Shown: positions 51,996 through 64,000 of the stretch, piece after piece
How the letters are laid out: every line of letters starts with the position of its first letter
Numbering within the stretch: position 1 is the first letter of the stretch
NCBI RefSeq assembly: GCF_035084215.1
Contig: NC_090332.1
Location: forward strand, 33,480,001-33,544,000
Direction of reading: 5' to 3'
Source of the DNA: Heptranchias perlo
Lineage: Eukaryota
DNA length: 64,000 nt
Program-made: the position numbers and the translations under genes
Notes under the pieces: model-generated
What the model was told of the DNA's origin: nothing
The model's database searches: none
What the model saw: the letters and a program-made list of their open reading frames with translations, nothing else

Positions 51996-54086
51996 GGGGC
52001 CGATTTTCGGATGGTCGAGCAGGTGCGTTGGGGGAGGGGGGGCTCCTAAAATGGCGGAATCCCGGAGCAGGTTCGGAGGCCGGCTCCAACCCGCTCACTT
52101 CCGGGTTCCCCAATGACGCGTTCGGGTGCGCGCGCAGCTCCCGCATGCGGGACTCCCACCGGCAATTAAAGCCGGCGGGATGATAATTTAGATAGTTATT
52201 TTGCTAGTTGAGGTACTTGACAGACCTCACTGAGTGGAGATTTTGGCAGGGGTGCAATTTTGAAGGATCCTCAGCATGTTTCCCGTGCTGTGGGAAACAC
52301 TCCCTGTTGCAACAGATGTGTTTCAGCCAGCAGCCAGTGGGAGATGCGAAGGATTATTTGACAGTTGGGGGGAATACCTCATTTATTGCAGCAGGACACT
52401 CTGTCACTTCAGACAAAGTTTTGGCTGCACTCAAAATTCTTAATTTATACTCTAAACTCTGCTTGCAAACACATTTACCTACTTTGCAGACCCCCTCAAA
52501 CTCACACCGTCAGAATGGGGGGGCACCATAGCTGCATTCATTACTTCATACGAGGACGAGCAACATCACCAGCGTCGCCTGGCACGCCGTCCACCTCCAC
52601 CACGTGGAGCTCCACAACACAGTGCTGCGCCACAGGCACCTGCACAAAATAGTCGTGCAACTACACATACACCCACTGTAGGGTGACCCAATGGGTGGCA
52701 TCAAGTGTGGGCGTTCATGGTGAACCTCATGAAAGGGACTTATTACACAAGCCAGCCAAGAATGGCCAAGACGTGGCAGTGGTGGTGACAATAATAATAT
52801 TTAATGTGCCATTAACAAAAATCAAATATAAATAAAAAATGACAAACCATCAAACACCCTTGTGCATCCCCTTTGTGCTCACAAAACCTTTGCCGTACGC
52901 TTACAACTACTCCTATGTGGTGCTTCCCCTGTGACTGCAGCAGAGGTATTGGCAGGTTGCTCTTGGTCATGCCCTGACTGATTAGATGCTTTGGGCCTAT
53001 GCCCTCTGGGTTTCGGTGCCCATGAGGGCCCTTCCAAAGACTGCTCCACCTGCACTTGTGCAGGGGAAGACTCGACCACCTGGAGAGGAGGCAGCATTGG
53101 GGGTACTGGTTGAGAGGGGGCAACGGGTGAGTCGTGGGAACGCTTTGAATGGCATCCCCACTTCCATGTCTCCTTTCGCCATCATCCCTCTCCTGGGCCA
53201 GGTCCACATCACTCCTACCACCCAGTTGGACAACAGTTTGGAGGACATGTGTGAAGCCTTGTAAGGCCAGTGCTAGTTGGCTTGAGTGAGGGATGGTGAC
53301 GTGGTCAACCGCTGAATGCATTAGTTTGGGTGAGACTGACCATGAAAGAGATGCATGAGAGAGTGAGTATGAGACAGAGCCATGACATTGTATGAGGATT
53401 GGGTTGAGTGGTAGTGATGGGATGAGTACTGGGGAGGTGAGTAAGTGCAGGTAAGTTGAGGATGAGCTTTGAGTGGGTGTGAGGAGTGATGTGATAGAGT
53501 AGTGTTGGTATGTACAGAATGAGTTGGGGGGTGGGGGCGGTGATGTGGAAGACGGAGTGTAGGAGAATGAGTAAGTGTACTCACTTTGGCTGACCTAGTT
53601 AGGTCATTGAAGCGCTTCCTGCATTGGATCCATGTGCAGGAGATGTTGCTGCTGCTGGTGACCTCCTCTGCCACCTCGAGCCAGGCCTTCTTGGTGGCAG
53701 AGACAGGCCATTTCCTCCTGTCCGCCGGGTAGAAAATATCCCTCCTCCTCCTCACCCCATCCAGTGAGACCTTGAGTGAGGCATCAGTAAATCTGGGAGC
53801 AGCCTTTCCCCTGGGCTGCTCCATTCTATAATTTTGGTTCAATGCTGCTCCTGCAGCAAAGGAGGACTGCCCCGTTAAGTAGAGCTTCTCCAGCTGACAG
53901 CCTGTGATGCAGGTGCGCAGTTCGCCCACTGCGCAGGTTTCCGACGGGTCAGCAGGAAGCCACGGTAAGTGGTTTCGATTTACCCGCGATCGCGTGGGGA
54001 ACGGACGGATTTCACTGGGCGGGTTACTCACACGCCCAGTCACCCCACCCCTGCTGCTAATCCGCCTCCCTGGTAATATCGGGCCC
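51996..54086 (-). mobile_element. Mini PIF/Harbinger element, copy 6 (type B, complete, inverted)
   Basis: TIRs ggggccgattttc / gtaatatcgggccc, CAA TSD, splits a SINE. The Myb ORF lies within 53321-54133 (-). Confidence 0.92.
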
Positions 54087-56164
54087 CAAGTGAGGGCAGG
54101 ATGGAGAGGGCAGTGATGCCCTCCACAGTTCAATATCTATCAACATTCACTGTTCAGGCTTACACATAAAAGATGGTCATTTGGGCATGGTAAATAAGAC
54201 AAATTAGAACAATATTTAACTTAAGAAATCACAATTTTCATAAATTTGGAAAACTTGTCAGGAGATTGGGAAAATTAGTTTCTTCATGAACTCCTACATA
54301 AACTGCAGCAAGCTGGAACCAACCTCTCTGAGGCCTAAAAAGTGTGTGTATAATAGGCACATGCATTTAAGTGAAGGGGGGGGGGGGAGGGGGGGAGAAG
54401 TCTTCAAGTCTCCTAGTTACAATAAACTGACAATAATGTAACTGGAGAGGGTCAACTACACGTGGGGAGGGAGGGGGAAGTCAGGAGAATACATTAAAAA
54501 TGGTCAAAATCCCCCGACACAGCAAGAAGGTTTTGCATTTCTTCAAGCGTTCCTTCCTATTTCACTTATGCACCTGTTCACTGAATTCAGAAGTGACTTG
54601 TATTTCTAGCACAGAATGTGTTTTCCCCCCCAAATACCATCATTCGTCAACACCCTCCCTTAAATAACTTTCAAGAACAAAATGTCAGCCATGGTTGTTA
54701 TTGAATCCTCTTCCAGGAAACAAACATAATCCCCATAAATCTATAATGCCTGACTGGCTCATTCAATAACGTTCTGCGCTGTCCTCAGGCAAAGTTTAAT
54801 TGCCTCATTAAATCCACACTCATTTCACGTGGTTTACATGTATTTTAAAAATTAAGCAATTAATGTGCAAAAAAAAAGTCACACTACAAAAGGTTGCACT
54901 TCATTACAAACATCACAAACTTGCCAAATGGATTCCAAAGGTCATGCTGCATCATAATGTTAGTGCTGCCAACTTTTCATGCCATTTGGCAAATATAAAG
55001 TTATTTGCCATATATAAAAAGTCTTTTATTAGCCAAAAACAATTGAATGTAGCCTTAGGGTGCAATTATATTACAGGTTTGTGAATCTAAGTTATACTGC
55101 TGACTGCACTTTACACTAAGCTTAGCTCAAAGAAACACTGCACATGCATGCTTGGACATAGAGCTGCACTCCGAGTGGTTAACTTTTAATGTTATTAGGG
55201 CCCGGGGGCAAGAAAGAGAAACACCAGATTTGTCATCAATCATATATTTAAATTGATGAGCAAGTCACAACATTCCATTTCAAAATGGATTAAAAATGAC
55301 TATATTAGGCTCTGTCTATAGCAAAACTAAAATCTATCTGCAGCACCCAGTTACACCAATATGTGGTGCTGTGAAAAGTCTTCACAACGTTAAAGGGCCT
55401 GACAAAGTAACGTTAGTTCACAAAAACCCAGTATTGGTACGGTATGGTGGCCTTTTGAGTTAGCTTACATTTCCACACACACCTCAAATCTGCCTTTTAT
55501 ACAATTGTATCCACATAGCCATACATTCAGGACTTTTCAGAAGTCATGCAAAGGAATTTTGCTGAAAAATTAAACAGCACTCATTGTCTGTTCCGTGGGC
55601 CTTAGGAACAGTCACCGCCTGTCCTCTGACTCAAGGCCCGCAAAAGAAACTGGATGGGAATAAAAAAATTATTGTAATCGGATCCATATCTGCACCTCAG
55701 CAACATCCAAACACATTGTTGAGTACTACTGAGTCCCTCCCCCTATATATTCAATGCTGCAACTTGCCCCCTCCCCCAAAGGTTTCTCCTGCACTCCCCT
55801 GTGGAACCTTAACCAGTGATATCCCAGCCTCAAAATCCCCCACACTCCTCATCTTCATTGCCTCCTCCTTGCGATGTGTGTTCTCATCTTTTGGCCACTC
55901 ATCCCTTTGCTTTCGCAGTTCACTGTAACGCACCTCTTGCACTCACACCCCGCTCAGAGACTTTACTTTCCTTCGCACCCCACAAAAAATGAACCCCTCT
56001 TCTATGGAATACTAACTAATCTTTAAGCTTACTTTGCCTGTATACAGCACAAAATGATGCGATCCCATGGAGGTCAGCAAGGCTTGGGGCAATTGGCAAG
56101 TGAGACTTGCCTTGTGCACCAATGGAGTTGCACCACTGCTGCTGATTTAATAATGTTGTTCAAT

Positions 56165-56562
56165 GAAATGGAAGAGGTTAGAGAAGCTGGGATTGTTCTC
56201 CTTACAGCAGAGAAGGTTAAGAGGAGATTTAATAAAGGTTCAAAATTTTGAAGGGTTTTGATAGAATAAATAAGAAGAAACGGTTTCCACTGGCAGGAGC
56301 GTCGGTAACCAGAGGACACAGATTTAAGGTAATCGGCAAAAGAACCAGAGGGGAGATGAGGAGACATTTTTTACGCAACGAGTTCTTATGATCTGGAATG
56401 CATTGCTGAAAGGGTGATGGAAGCAGGTTCAATAGTAACTTTCAAAAAGGAATTGGATAAATACTTGAAAAGGAAAAATTTGCATGGCTATGGAGAAAGA
56501 GTAGGGTTCTGGTACTAAGTGGATAGCCTCCTTCTGTGCTCCATGATTTTATAATTCTATGA
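56165..56562 (+). mobile_element. CR1 LINE 3' fragment
   Basis: RLEKLGLFSLQQRRLRGDLIK, TRGHRFKVIGK, attctatg tail. Confidence 0.85.
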
Positions 56563-58674
56563 AATACATTTCTCTGTTCCAAAGAGGTTAGTTATAAACC
56601 ATTACATATCTTTTTTTCTGGGACTCCTGGTTATGCTGAAGTTGAAGTTCTATTGACATGATTAAGGGAGGTGATTTATTTTCTAAAGGTATGTGTAATA
56701 ATACATTATATTAGGGTCAGCACATTCTTGGGCTTAAAAGTCTACTTTCTACATGATTCCCTGCTTTGTAAGCTCCTAGTCTCTAGTGGGTCAGGGCCAA
56801 GAAGAAATCCACTATATGCAAGATTCTTTCTCCAGGTGATGGAGAGAAAAATTGGTGGCAGAGTTGATCTGAGTTACCCTCAAGCATCTTCCAGCAGCTA
56901 GTTACAAAGGCCTACGGGAAAGTTAGTTACCTGCGCATCTCACCTGAGAATGATGAATGGCACAAAAATTGGGGCGGGAGTACAAAGGTGAAGGAGAAAA
57001 TAACTACAGAAAAATGAAGGGGAGAATTAAAATAAACTCAAAATTGAACAATATTCACCTATATCTAATTAAGGACGGTCAGAAAATGATATAAGCACAG
57101 CTCAAATTTATGCAGACTAATTGGTCATCAGTTACTCAAATCATGCTCAGTCCATCAATGTGGAAGCACGCTGCTCTCTCAATTAGCTGGGCTGTAATTA
57201 TGAGTCAAGGTCTTCTGCTCCATATGCTCATTAATAGTATACAGAGACAATGCCATTAGAAGATGCCTGTGCAGTATTCTAAAACACATAGATGCAATAG
57301 AGAGCAGCAAAAATACCGACATTTAGTGGTAAGACAGCAGTGTTTTTTATTTATTTACTTGATGTTGAGAGCATTATGGGTTACAAAGCTGCTGAAATAT
57401 TCTGGCAAGCGGGGAAGGAAGAATGGCTAAGAGTTACAGCTGGATGCATACTCATTTGAAGAGATATGCAATTAATTTGGTCCTGCTGTACTTACTGCAG
57501 TGGTTAAGATAAATAAACACTGATGCTTCCTGAATTAGAAACTGTGTTGACACATCTGGAAAAGCCAGGTGCACACACCACTCAGTCATTAGCAGAGAAG
57601 AGGGCTGGTCAAGGTGACTTCAAAGTAATTGCCACTCTGGATATAAGGGCTGAGCATAGCATTTCTTTTCTACAAATGAGAAGAGTTGAATGATTCCTGA
57701 AACTATCAATAATTGTATTCTCTTAAAAGTATATTTCTTCCGGCCCTGATCCTATTGTGCACTTGCCTGGTAAACAAGCACTTTTCCCGGCCTGTTAGGA
57801 CAATAGAATCATACCAACCTGAACTCTTTGAGCTCATTTTAAAAGGTGGCATCACTATTTTGGAGAGCTTTTGAGCAGATTCCGTTTTTCTGAAATTACC
57901 AGTAACGGTTGCTAATCGTGATACAGCCCTCTTCATCAATTCTGCAGAAAATATTCTACAAGTCAAACTTCTCCTTGTCTGGTTTTCATACTTTTAAACA
58001 TTTCCAAGTTTTTCCAATATAATTACAGAACCACCATCACTGCAAGTGGCTTTGTAATATGGTCAATTCTCTCGCTACTGAATTTACCCTACTTATATTG
58101 TAGCTGGATGCCTCAACCAATAACTGCACATACAAAACTTTGCATCGTTGCAATTGGCCTGAAATTGGAAACATGAATGAGCAACGCTGCACATATATGG
58201 TCTGGCCAGGATTTTCCTGATGTCTCAGAAAGGATGGTGCACCTAAGCTTGGTGCTGCTGCCACCAACAACCATTTATATATTTGCCACTGGTGGTACCC
58301 AGAGATAAAAGGCAAAATTCCTTCACAAGGGCAGTCTTGGAGCCTTCGAGAGCACTGGCATTGCTATATTTACTTTTCTGGGCTGCCTTCAACAGCAGGT
58401 TTGCTGTTGGAGGCAGCCTGTAAAGTATATGGGATAAGAAACAAATTAGTAATGTTAATACAGGATTTTCACATATTTCCCAAAAAATAGGTTCCAACAC
58501 GTTGCTGCACTTTTTGATACTAAAATGAAGATTACTTCGCAAAAAAATTAAATTAATACAGTACCTCAGAGCCAAGTTATAGCTCCACCAATAATCTCGC
58601 CAAGTATAGGGAGCTTAGGGACTTATTAATATCTTAACTTTGTGACTATCCACATAGCAACAACTGCCATCACC

Positions 58675-59770
58675 ACAATTCTCTAAAGGATTCCTTCAGT
58701 CTGGCTTCTACTCTACCCAAAGCACTAAGACTACCCTCATCAAAGTCATCAATAACAACCTTTGCAATTGTGACCATGGCTTGTTATCCTCCCTGAGCTC
58801 TATGCAGCACTTAACAGTCAACCATTTCATCAACCTCCACCGCATCATTGTGGTTATCTTCGTGGGAGTGCCCTTACATAATTCTACTCCTACTTGTCCC
58901 CATGTAGCCAGTAATGGCTTCTTCTCCCACCCCTGACAATCACCTCCCAAATATCCCGAGGGTTCCACCCTTGGGCCTCTCCTTTTCCTTGTTTATATGT
59001 CGCCCCTCAGCAACATTATCTGTGGAATGAGGTCAGTTTCCATATATCCACTGATGACACCCAGCTCTATCTCACCTCTACCAGCACTCTCAACTCTAGA
59101 ACCATCTGTGTGTTGTCAGACTTTCCAATATTTAAGTCATGCATGAGACAACACTTGAAATTTGGAAGACCAAACCATCTTAATCAGTTCCTGTCAAAAA
59201 TTCCTGACTCCATCGGCCACAGGCTGAACCAAATGATGAGAAACCTCAGTATTCTGTTCAATCCCGAGCTAAACCCCAAACCCCATATACAATTCATAAC
59301 CAGGAGCGTTCACTTCTACCTCCACAACATCACCAGCCTCTGCCTTTACCTTACCCCTACTGTCATAGAAACCCTAATCCACATTTTTGTTACCTCCAGA
59401 CTCTACTTCCTCACCAGCCTAATGCATTAGGCCTGGCTTGCCCATGCTCCTGTCCTCCCTAACTTCAATTGGCTCCCTGTCCCCCAGTGCAACGAATTCA
59501 AATTCCTTGCCCTCATTTATAAATCCCTCCATGGCCTTGACCCACCACATCATGCAACTCCTCCAATCCTTCAGTCATCTAATTCTGGCCTCCTTCACCC
59601 ATCTCGGTCCTATTCTTTGTAACTCTCTGCTTAAACCCTTCTGCTTTACTACTTCTCTCCCCGCCTGCCCGCACCCCTTTCTCCACCACCACCCCCCCAC
59701 CCCCCGCACTCCCACCTTAAAATCTTCCTCAAAACTATGCTCTCAGACACCTCTCCAAACCCTTTTACCA
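58675..59770 (+). mobile_element. Degraded L2-clade LINE RT and 3' end
   Basis: ST.T.LIKV, GSTLGPLLF..Y, DDTQLYL, RNLSILFNPEL, ETLIHIFVTSRL. Confidence 0.8.
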
Positions 59771-61184
59771 CTGTTGGGTTGCTGTTTTGGGTGTTTTCTC
59801 CCTAACATTTCCAATTGCTTATCTTTCTTCCCAACTCTAAGAAAAATGCTCCAGATTTTTGGGTACGTCTGGTAATCACATCTGTAAATGAAGAACATCA
59901 GCCCTCCCTCAAGTACTTTTCATAGTTTTAAACCTTATTTTAGCACCAGATGTGATTGATAACATTATTGTATCAAATGTAACAAATCTAATTTAAAGTG
60001 ATGATATTGCTGGAATAGGGTGTTCAGAGCAGGCTTGGTTTGTGAAACTATCAGCATCGGTCTATTAAAATTCAGTTGTTAGTGGAAGCAAATAGAAACA
60101 ACACAACATCATCATTGCTAATCGTAACAATGCTGAACAATACTGCCTCTTTAAGAGCTGAAAAATATGCAAGATCAATTACTTTATACAGAACTCATTC
60201 AGTAGTTAAGAAATATTTAATCTCCCCCAAGTTGTTCTTCTAGTGGTTCAGCAACTCAACAGTTAAAATACATAAACTTTAACAAACCATTAAAGTCTTA
60301 CAATTTTTTTTAAAAATGAAATGTGCCTTGTCCTTTCAGGTAATGGGTCATTTTTCTGCTTTGTCCTATGTTTAACCAAATTACACTTTAGGAATTCCAG
60401 ATGGCTCTTTATGATGCTCATATAATAAGACTAATGACTTGGAAAAGCAGTCGAGCACTATTAACATTCGCAGGGTGAATGGTTATTGTGATGGTCAGTT
60501 TACTTGTTAAATGCACAATAATTAGGGCTTCGGTTCATCAATGTTTGATATTTCAATATGGCAATCAAAATGGGTGTACCTAGGTTTTAATCATTAACAT
60601 GTCAATTATGGGATAATGTCATTAACCAGCTAGTGATCTGCAGATTGGTCCAAATTAGGAGAAAGGACAGCAATAAAATATAAATGACTATTAAAAAGAT
60701 TCAGACTTATGTTACAGATGTCAAGACAAACCTACCAAAAGGCCCATAGGAAGTGATGAACATTCTAATATTATACCGTACACTTCAGGGTAATGGGAAA
60801 AGCAGGATCTAAAACCTCAATGTTTGCTTGTTAGTAGTTGGTTATCATGTCCCTGCCACCACTGGCAAATGCTACCATTTAGACAGATAAATGTATTGCA
60901 CAGATACCCCGACACATAAATAGATATAGGAGGGATTTCCTGTTAATGCCCTTTTCGAATACTTTTCCATGACTCCAGTGACAAGCTTCAGTAACCTTTT
61001 TATTGCATAATGTCTGCTAATAATCTCAAATTCGTGAAGGCACGAAAAAGACTAAAGAGATGTAAAGTCAGAAAAAACAGTAAATTATAAATTTATTTTA
61101 ATCCTGGATTTAAAAAAAAAATTCTGTTTCATACAAGCAACAAACAACCAAAAAAAATGGGAACTCAGTTCCATAGTCACATCC

Positions 61185-61728
61185 GGGCTAGACTTCTACA
61201 ACATTCTCCTATCGGTCTCCCAAGCTTCATTCTACTTCTCTAAACTCCGTCACCTGCACCCTATCCAGTACTAAGTCCCACTTCCCTCTTACCCTTGTCC
61301 TCCAATTTCGATTGCCTCCCCATCCCCAACGCACAGATTTCAACATCCTCATTTACAAACTCTCCATGCCATTGTCCTACCCTTGTCCATGAAACCATCC
61401 AGCCCTACACCTGAGTTTGTATTCTCCACTCTCCCAATGCTGGCGATAGTGTGTTCCCCTTCCGTGCTCTCCATCATTACTGGCAGATAATCAGCCATCG
61501 CATCCTAACATTCTGGAATTCTCTTACCAAACCCCTCCAAGCTTGCTATATCTCATCTTACCTTCAAAGACTTTCTCAAAACCCACCTCCTCAACTTATT
61601 CTTCAGTCATCATCCCTAGCTCCCCCCTAACTCTTGCTTAGTGTTCATTTGTAACCCCTCCCCCACCATGAAGCACTTTGTGACGTTTTGCCACATTAAA
61701 AGGTACTATATGTGTAAGTTATTGTTGA
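61185..61728 (+). mobile_element. L2-clade LINE 3' end
   Basis: FKDFLKTHL and tail tgaagcactttgtgacgtttt...tatatgtgtaagttattgttg. Confidence 0.7.
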
Positions 61729-64000
61729 ATAGTTTCATTTTTTCCATACTTATCCTTTGGTGGGCTGCCATACAAGAAAAATATTAAAAAATGACATACA
61801 CAAAATGTTTAACTGTGATAAGCAAGTACCGAGATACAAGTTTTTTTGTGAAAGAGGTTCCTCTTTCAGTTAGAAAGAAAGATATATGGTGAAGAATGGG
61901 TGCAGTAGGATTTGGTCTTCAGAGTTTGTGCTTTAGCTGCATACATCAGATCTAAGGTTGGCACCAGAACACACTAAAGCCAAGCACCGAGATCCACTCC
62001 AAGAGGGCGTCTCACAATATTCCAAGTTCATACTGACTACAGTTGAACTCCAGTACAGTGTGAAATCAATATTTCAAGAGCCCTCCAGTGACCTTTTAAA
62101 ACTTTGGACAGAATGCTTTTAGTATTAGAAGAGCACGATCGGGCACACTGCTCCCTCTTTTCTTTAAGAATAAACAGCCAGGGGAAGAGCTCTGCATGTG
62201 TACTAAAGCATACAAACGCAGAACTCCATTGTCTCTGCACCTAGATGCTGATCAGCCAACGGCAATTCTGCACTATAACGGGGAAATGCTGATTACACAT
62301 CACAGCCAATGATTACGGTCAGGTCATTAACTGAAGTACAACTGCAGCCTAAATGAGAACTGTAGGGGGAATATTTCCTGTGCTAAGTACTTCCCATCTC
62401 TCTCATGGAGTTGTTCAGAGTAAATCAGGGGGTACACTGTTTTACGGCGATAAGAGCATTATGTCACATAACGTACAATATGTTATTTTGCTGTATGTAA
62501 CTGTGTCCCCCAAGGTCACAAGGTCTAATTGATGTGCAGTAACATTCTGAGATCAATTGAAGGATAATTGTAGATTGGCAGCTTGTGGGCAAAAGGAAAA
62601 CTATTTCTGGCATCTTACCTCCACATTCTGATAGACTACTGATAGTGACATCATCAATGCTACACAAGTCTCTTTGAGCTAAAAGGAATACAAAAAGAGG
62701 CAGTCAGAGTTTTCTTAAATACAAATCTTATTTACCATGAACTATTAGTAGATACATTTTTCATGATTTCTTCTCATTCCCCCTCTCCCCCACACTTTCT
62801 TAAGATCCTTTCATGCCATATTCTGTACTCCTGCAAGGCGTGAATAACCTGCCTGTTCTCAGGCCTCTGCTGCTTTTGAGCCAATCATTAGTAGGTGCGA
62901 CAGAGGTAGACTTGTGTTCCGATTGTCTTCCTCTCTGAGAAGATACCTCGCCATCACGTGGGACTTCCCAGATCCTCCATATGTGATCAAGAGATCTCAA
63001 CTGTGCGATAAGGAAAGCAAATCTCAAACACAATTCCACAATCCCACCACTCTTCAGTTCAAGGTTTTAATACACCAGCACCCTACAACAGTGGGCTACT
63101 GACGATTTACTGTCATATCACCAAAGCCTCTGCAGTCCAGTCTTAAGGAAATCAGGAACTTCTGCTACTCCAAAAGCATAGGTGAGTAGATGTTCATTAT
63201 ATGAAAAGCATCTTGAGGTGAGTAATAATAGCTGGCAGGAGGCATCTCAAGTTATTTTCTCTTTTTCCTGATTTTTCTCCCTTTCACAGGTAATTTGGGG
63301 CCTTGCATCCTCCAATTGAGCAAGTGATATGGCCTAAACCAAGCAAGTAGCAGGATTAAAGTAAGGTGAGTAAGATAACTAGGGGATCCACTTCTTTGTT
63401 CACTGATATGCTAAAATCTCTCTGGAACTAGACTTCTTCACTCACAAGCAAAAGTTTCTTGTGAATTATTGGTCCATAAATTAAAATGAACATAAAGCTA
63501 TTAATGCCATTTTTTAAAATGCCTTGATTTTTGATTTGAGGCATTAATTAATATATTTGTGAAGGAGTGCCCAGCGTTACAAGTATGGGTAGGGTGGAGA
63601 GGGGAGAGAATATCGACTGGCTGCAGGCTCAGTAAATCTTTTATGCAATGGGGGCTTGAAGTAAGAGAGTTCTGCAGAAAGGCTGGCTTTAGTTTGTTGG
63701 CATCTATGTTTCTATTTCTTATTTGCACAGATAATCACACCTCTTGTCAGGGAAGCAAGTCTGCCAGTAACCAGGAGTGGCACTGAGTTGAATGGGATGT
63801 GAATCACTGACAAGTGCCTCATCAAGATTAATCTCATGCTACAAAGTTAACTTGTTTTATTAAAACCTGTGCTGTTAACTGTGTCAGTTGGAGCGTGACC
63901 ATTACCTAGGAAGTGAAAGTTCTAATGTTGTTTATAGACAGTATTGGGTTCCCCATGGTTAAATAATCTGCTGGGTACTAACCATAACCCAGGTTTACAC

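Noticed and set aside
62037-62240. ORF containing HAELFP, reminiscent of the RPS6KC1 PX motif HSELFP
   Set aside because: Flanking residues do not match the PX domain and no fitting splice sites were found; the PX exons probably lie beyond the window.
62947-63000. Minus-strand acceptor-like site with a short open frame (LRSLDHIWRIWEVPRDGE)
   Set aside because: Weak donor, no recognisable homology, and its phase does not fit the preferred downstream acceptor.

Overview
Vertebrate genomic DNA, inferred to be a cartilaginous fish (shark) from its repeat content. The window is mostly intron of a minus-strand RPS6KC1/SNX15-family gene. Three exons are clear (43795-44178, 20938-21062, 9854-9946; MIT domain and start of the pseudokinase) and one is probable (49380-49535). 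The introns are packed with CR1 and L2 LINE fragments, SINEs and MITEs. The most striking content is six copies of a ~2 kb mini PIF/Harbinger transposon with GGG-starting TIRs and 3-bp TSDs. The fuller copies carry two convergent truncated genes, a Myb/SANT protein and a transposase N-terminus that lacks the DDE domain. There are also two short Penelope-like insertions with minimal hammerhead ribozyme motifs, one folded into a perfect 90-bp inverted repeat. Ends of old repeats are approximate, and comparisons to human proteins are from memory, not from alignments.
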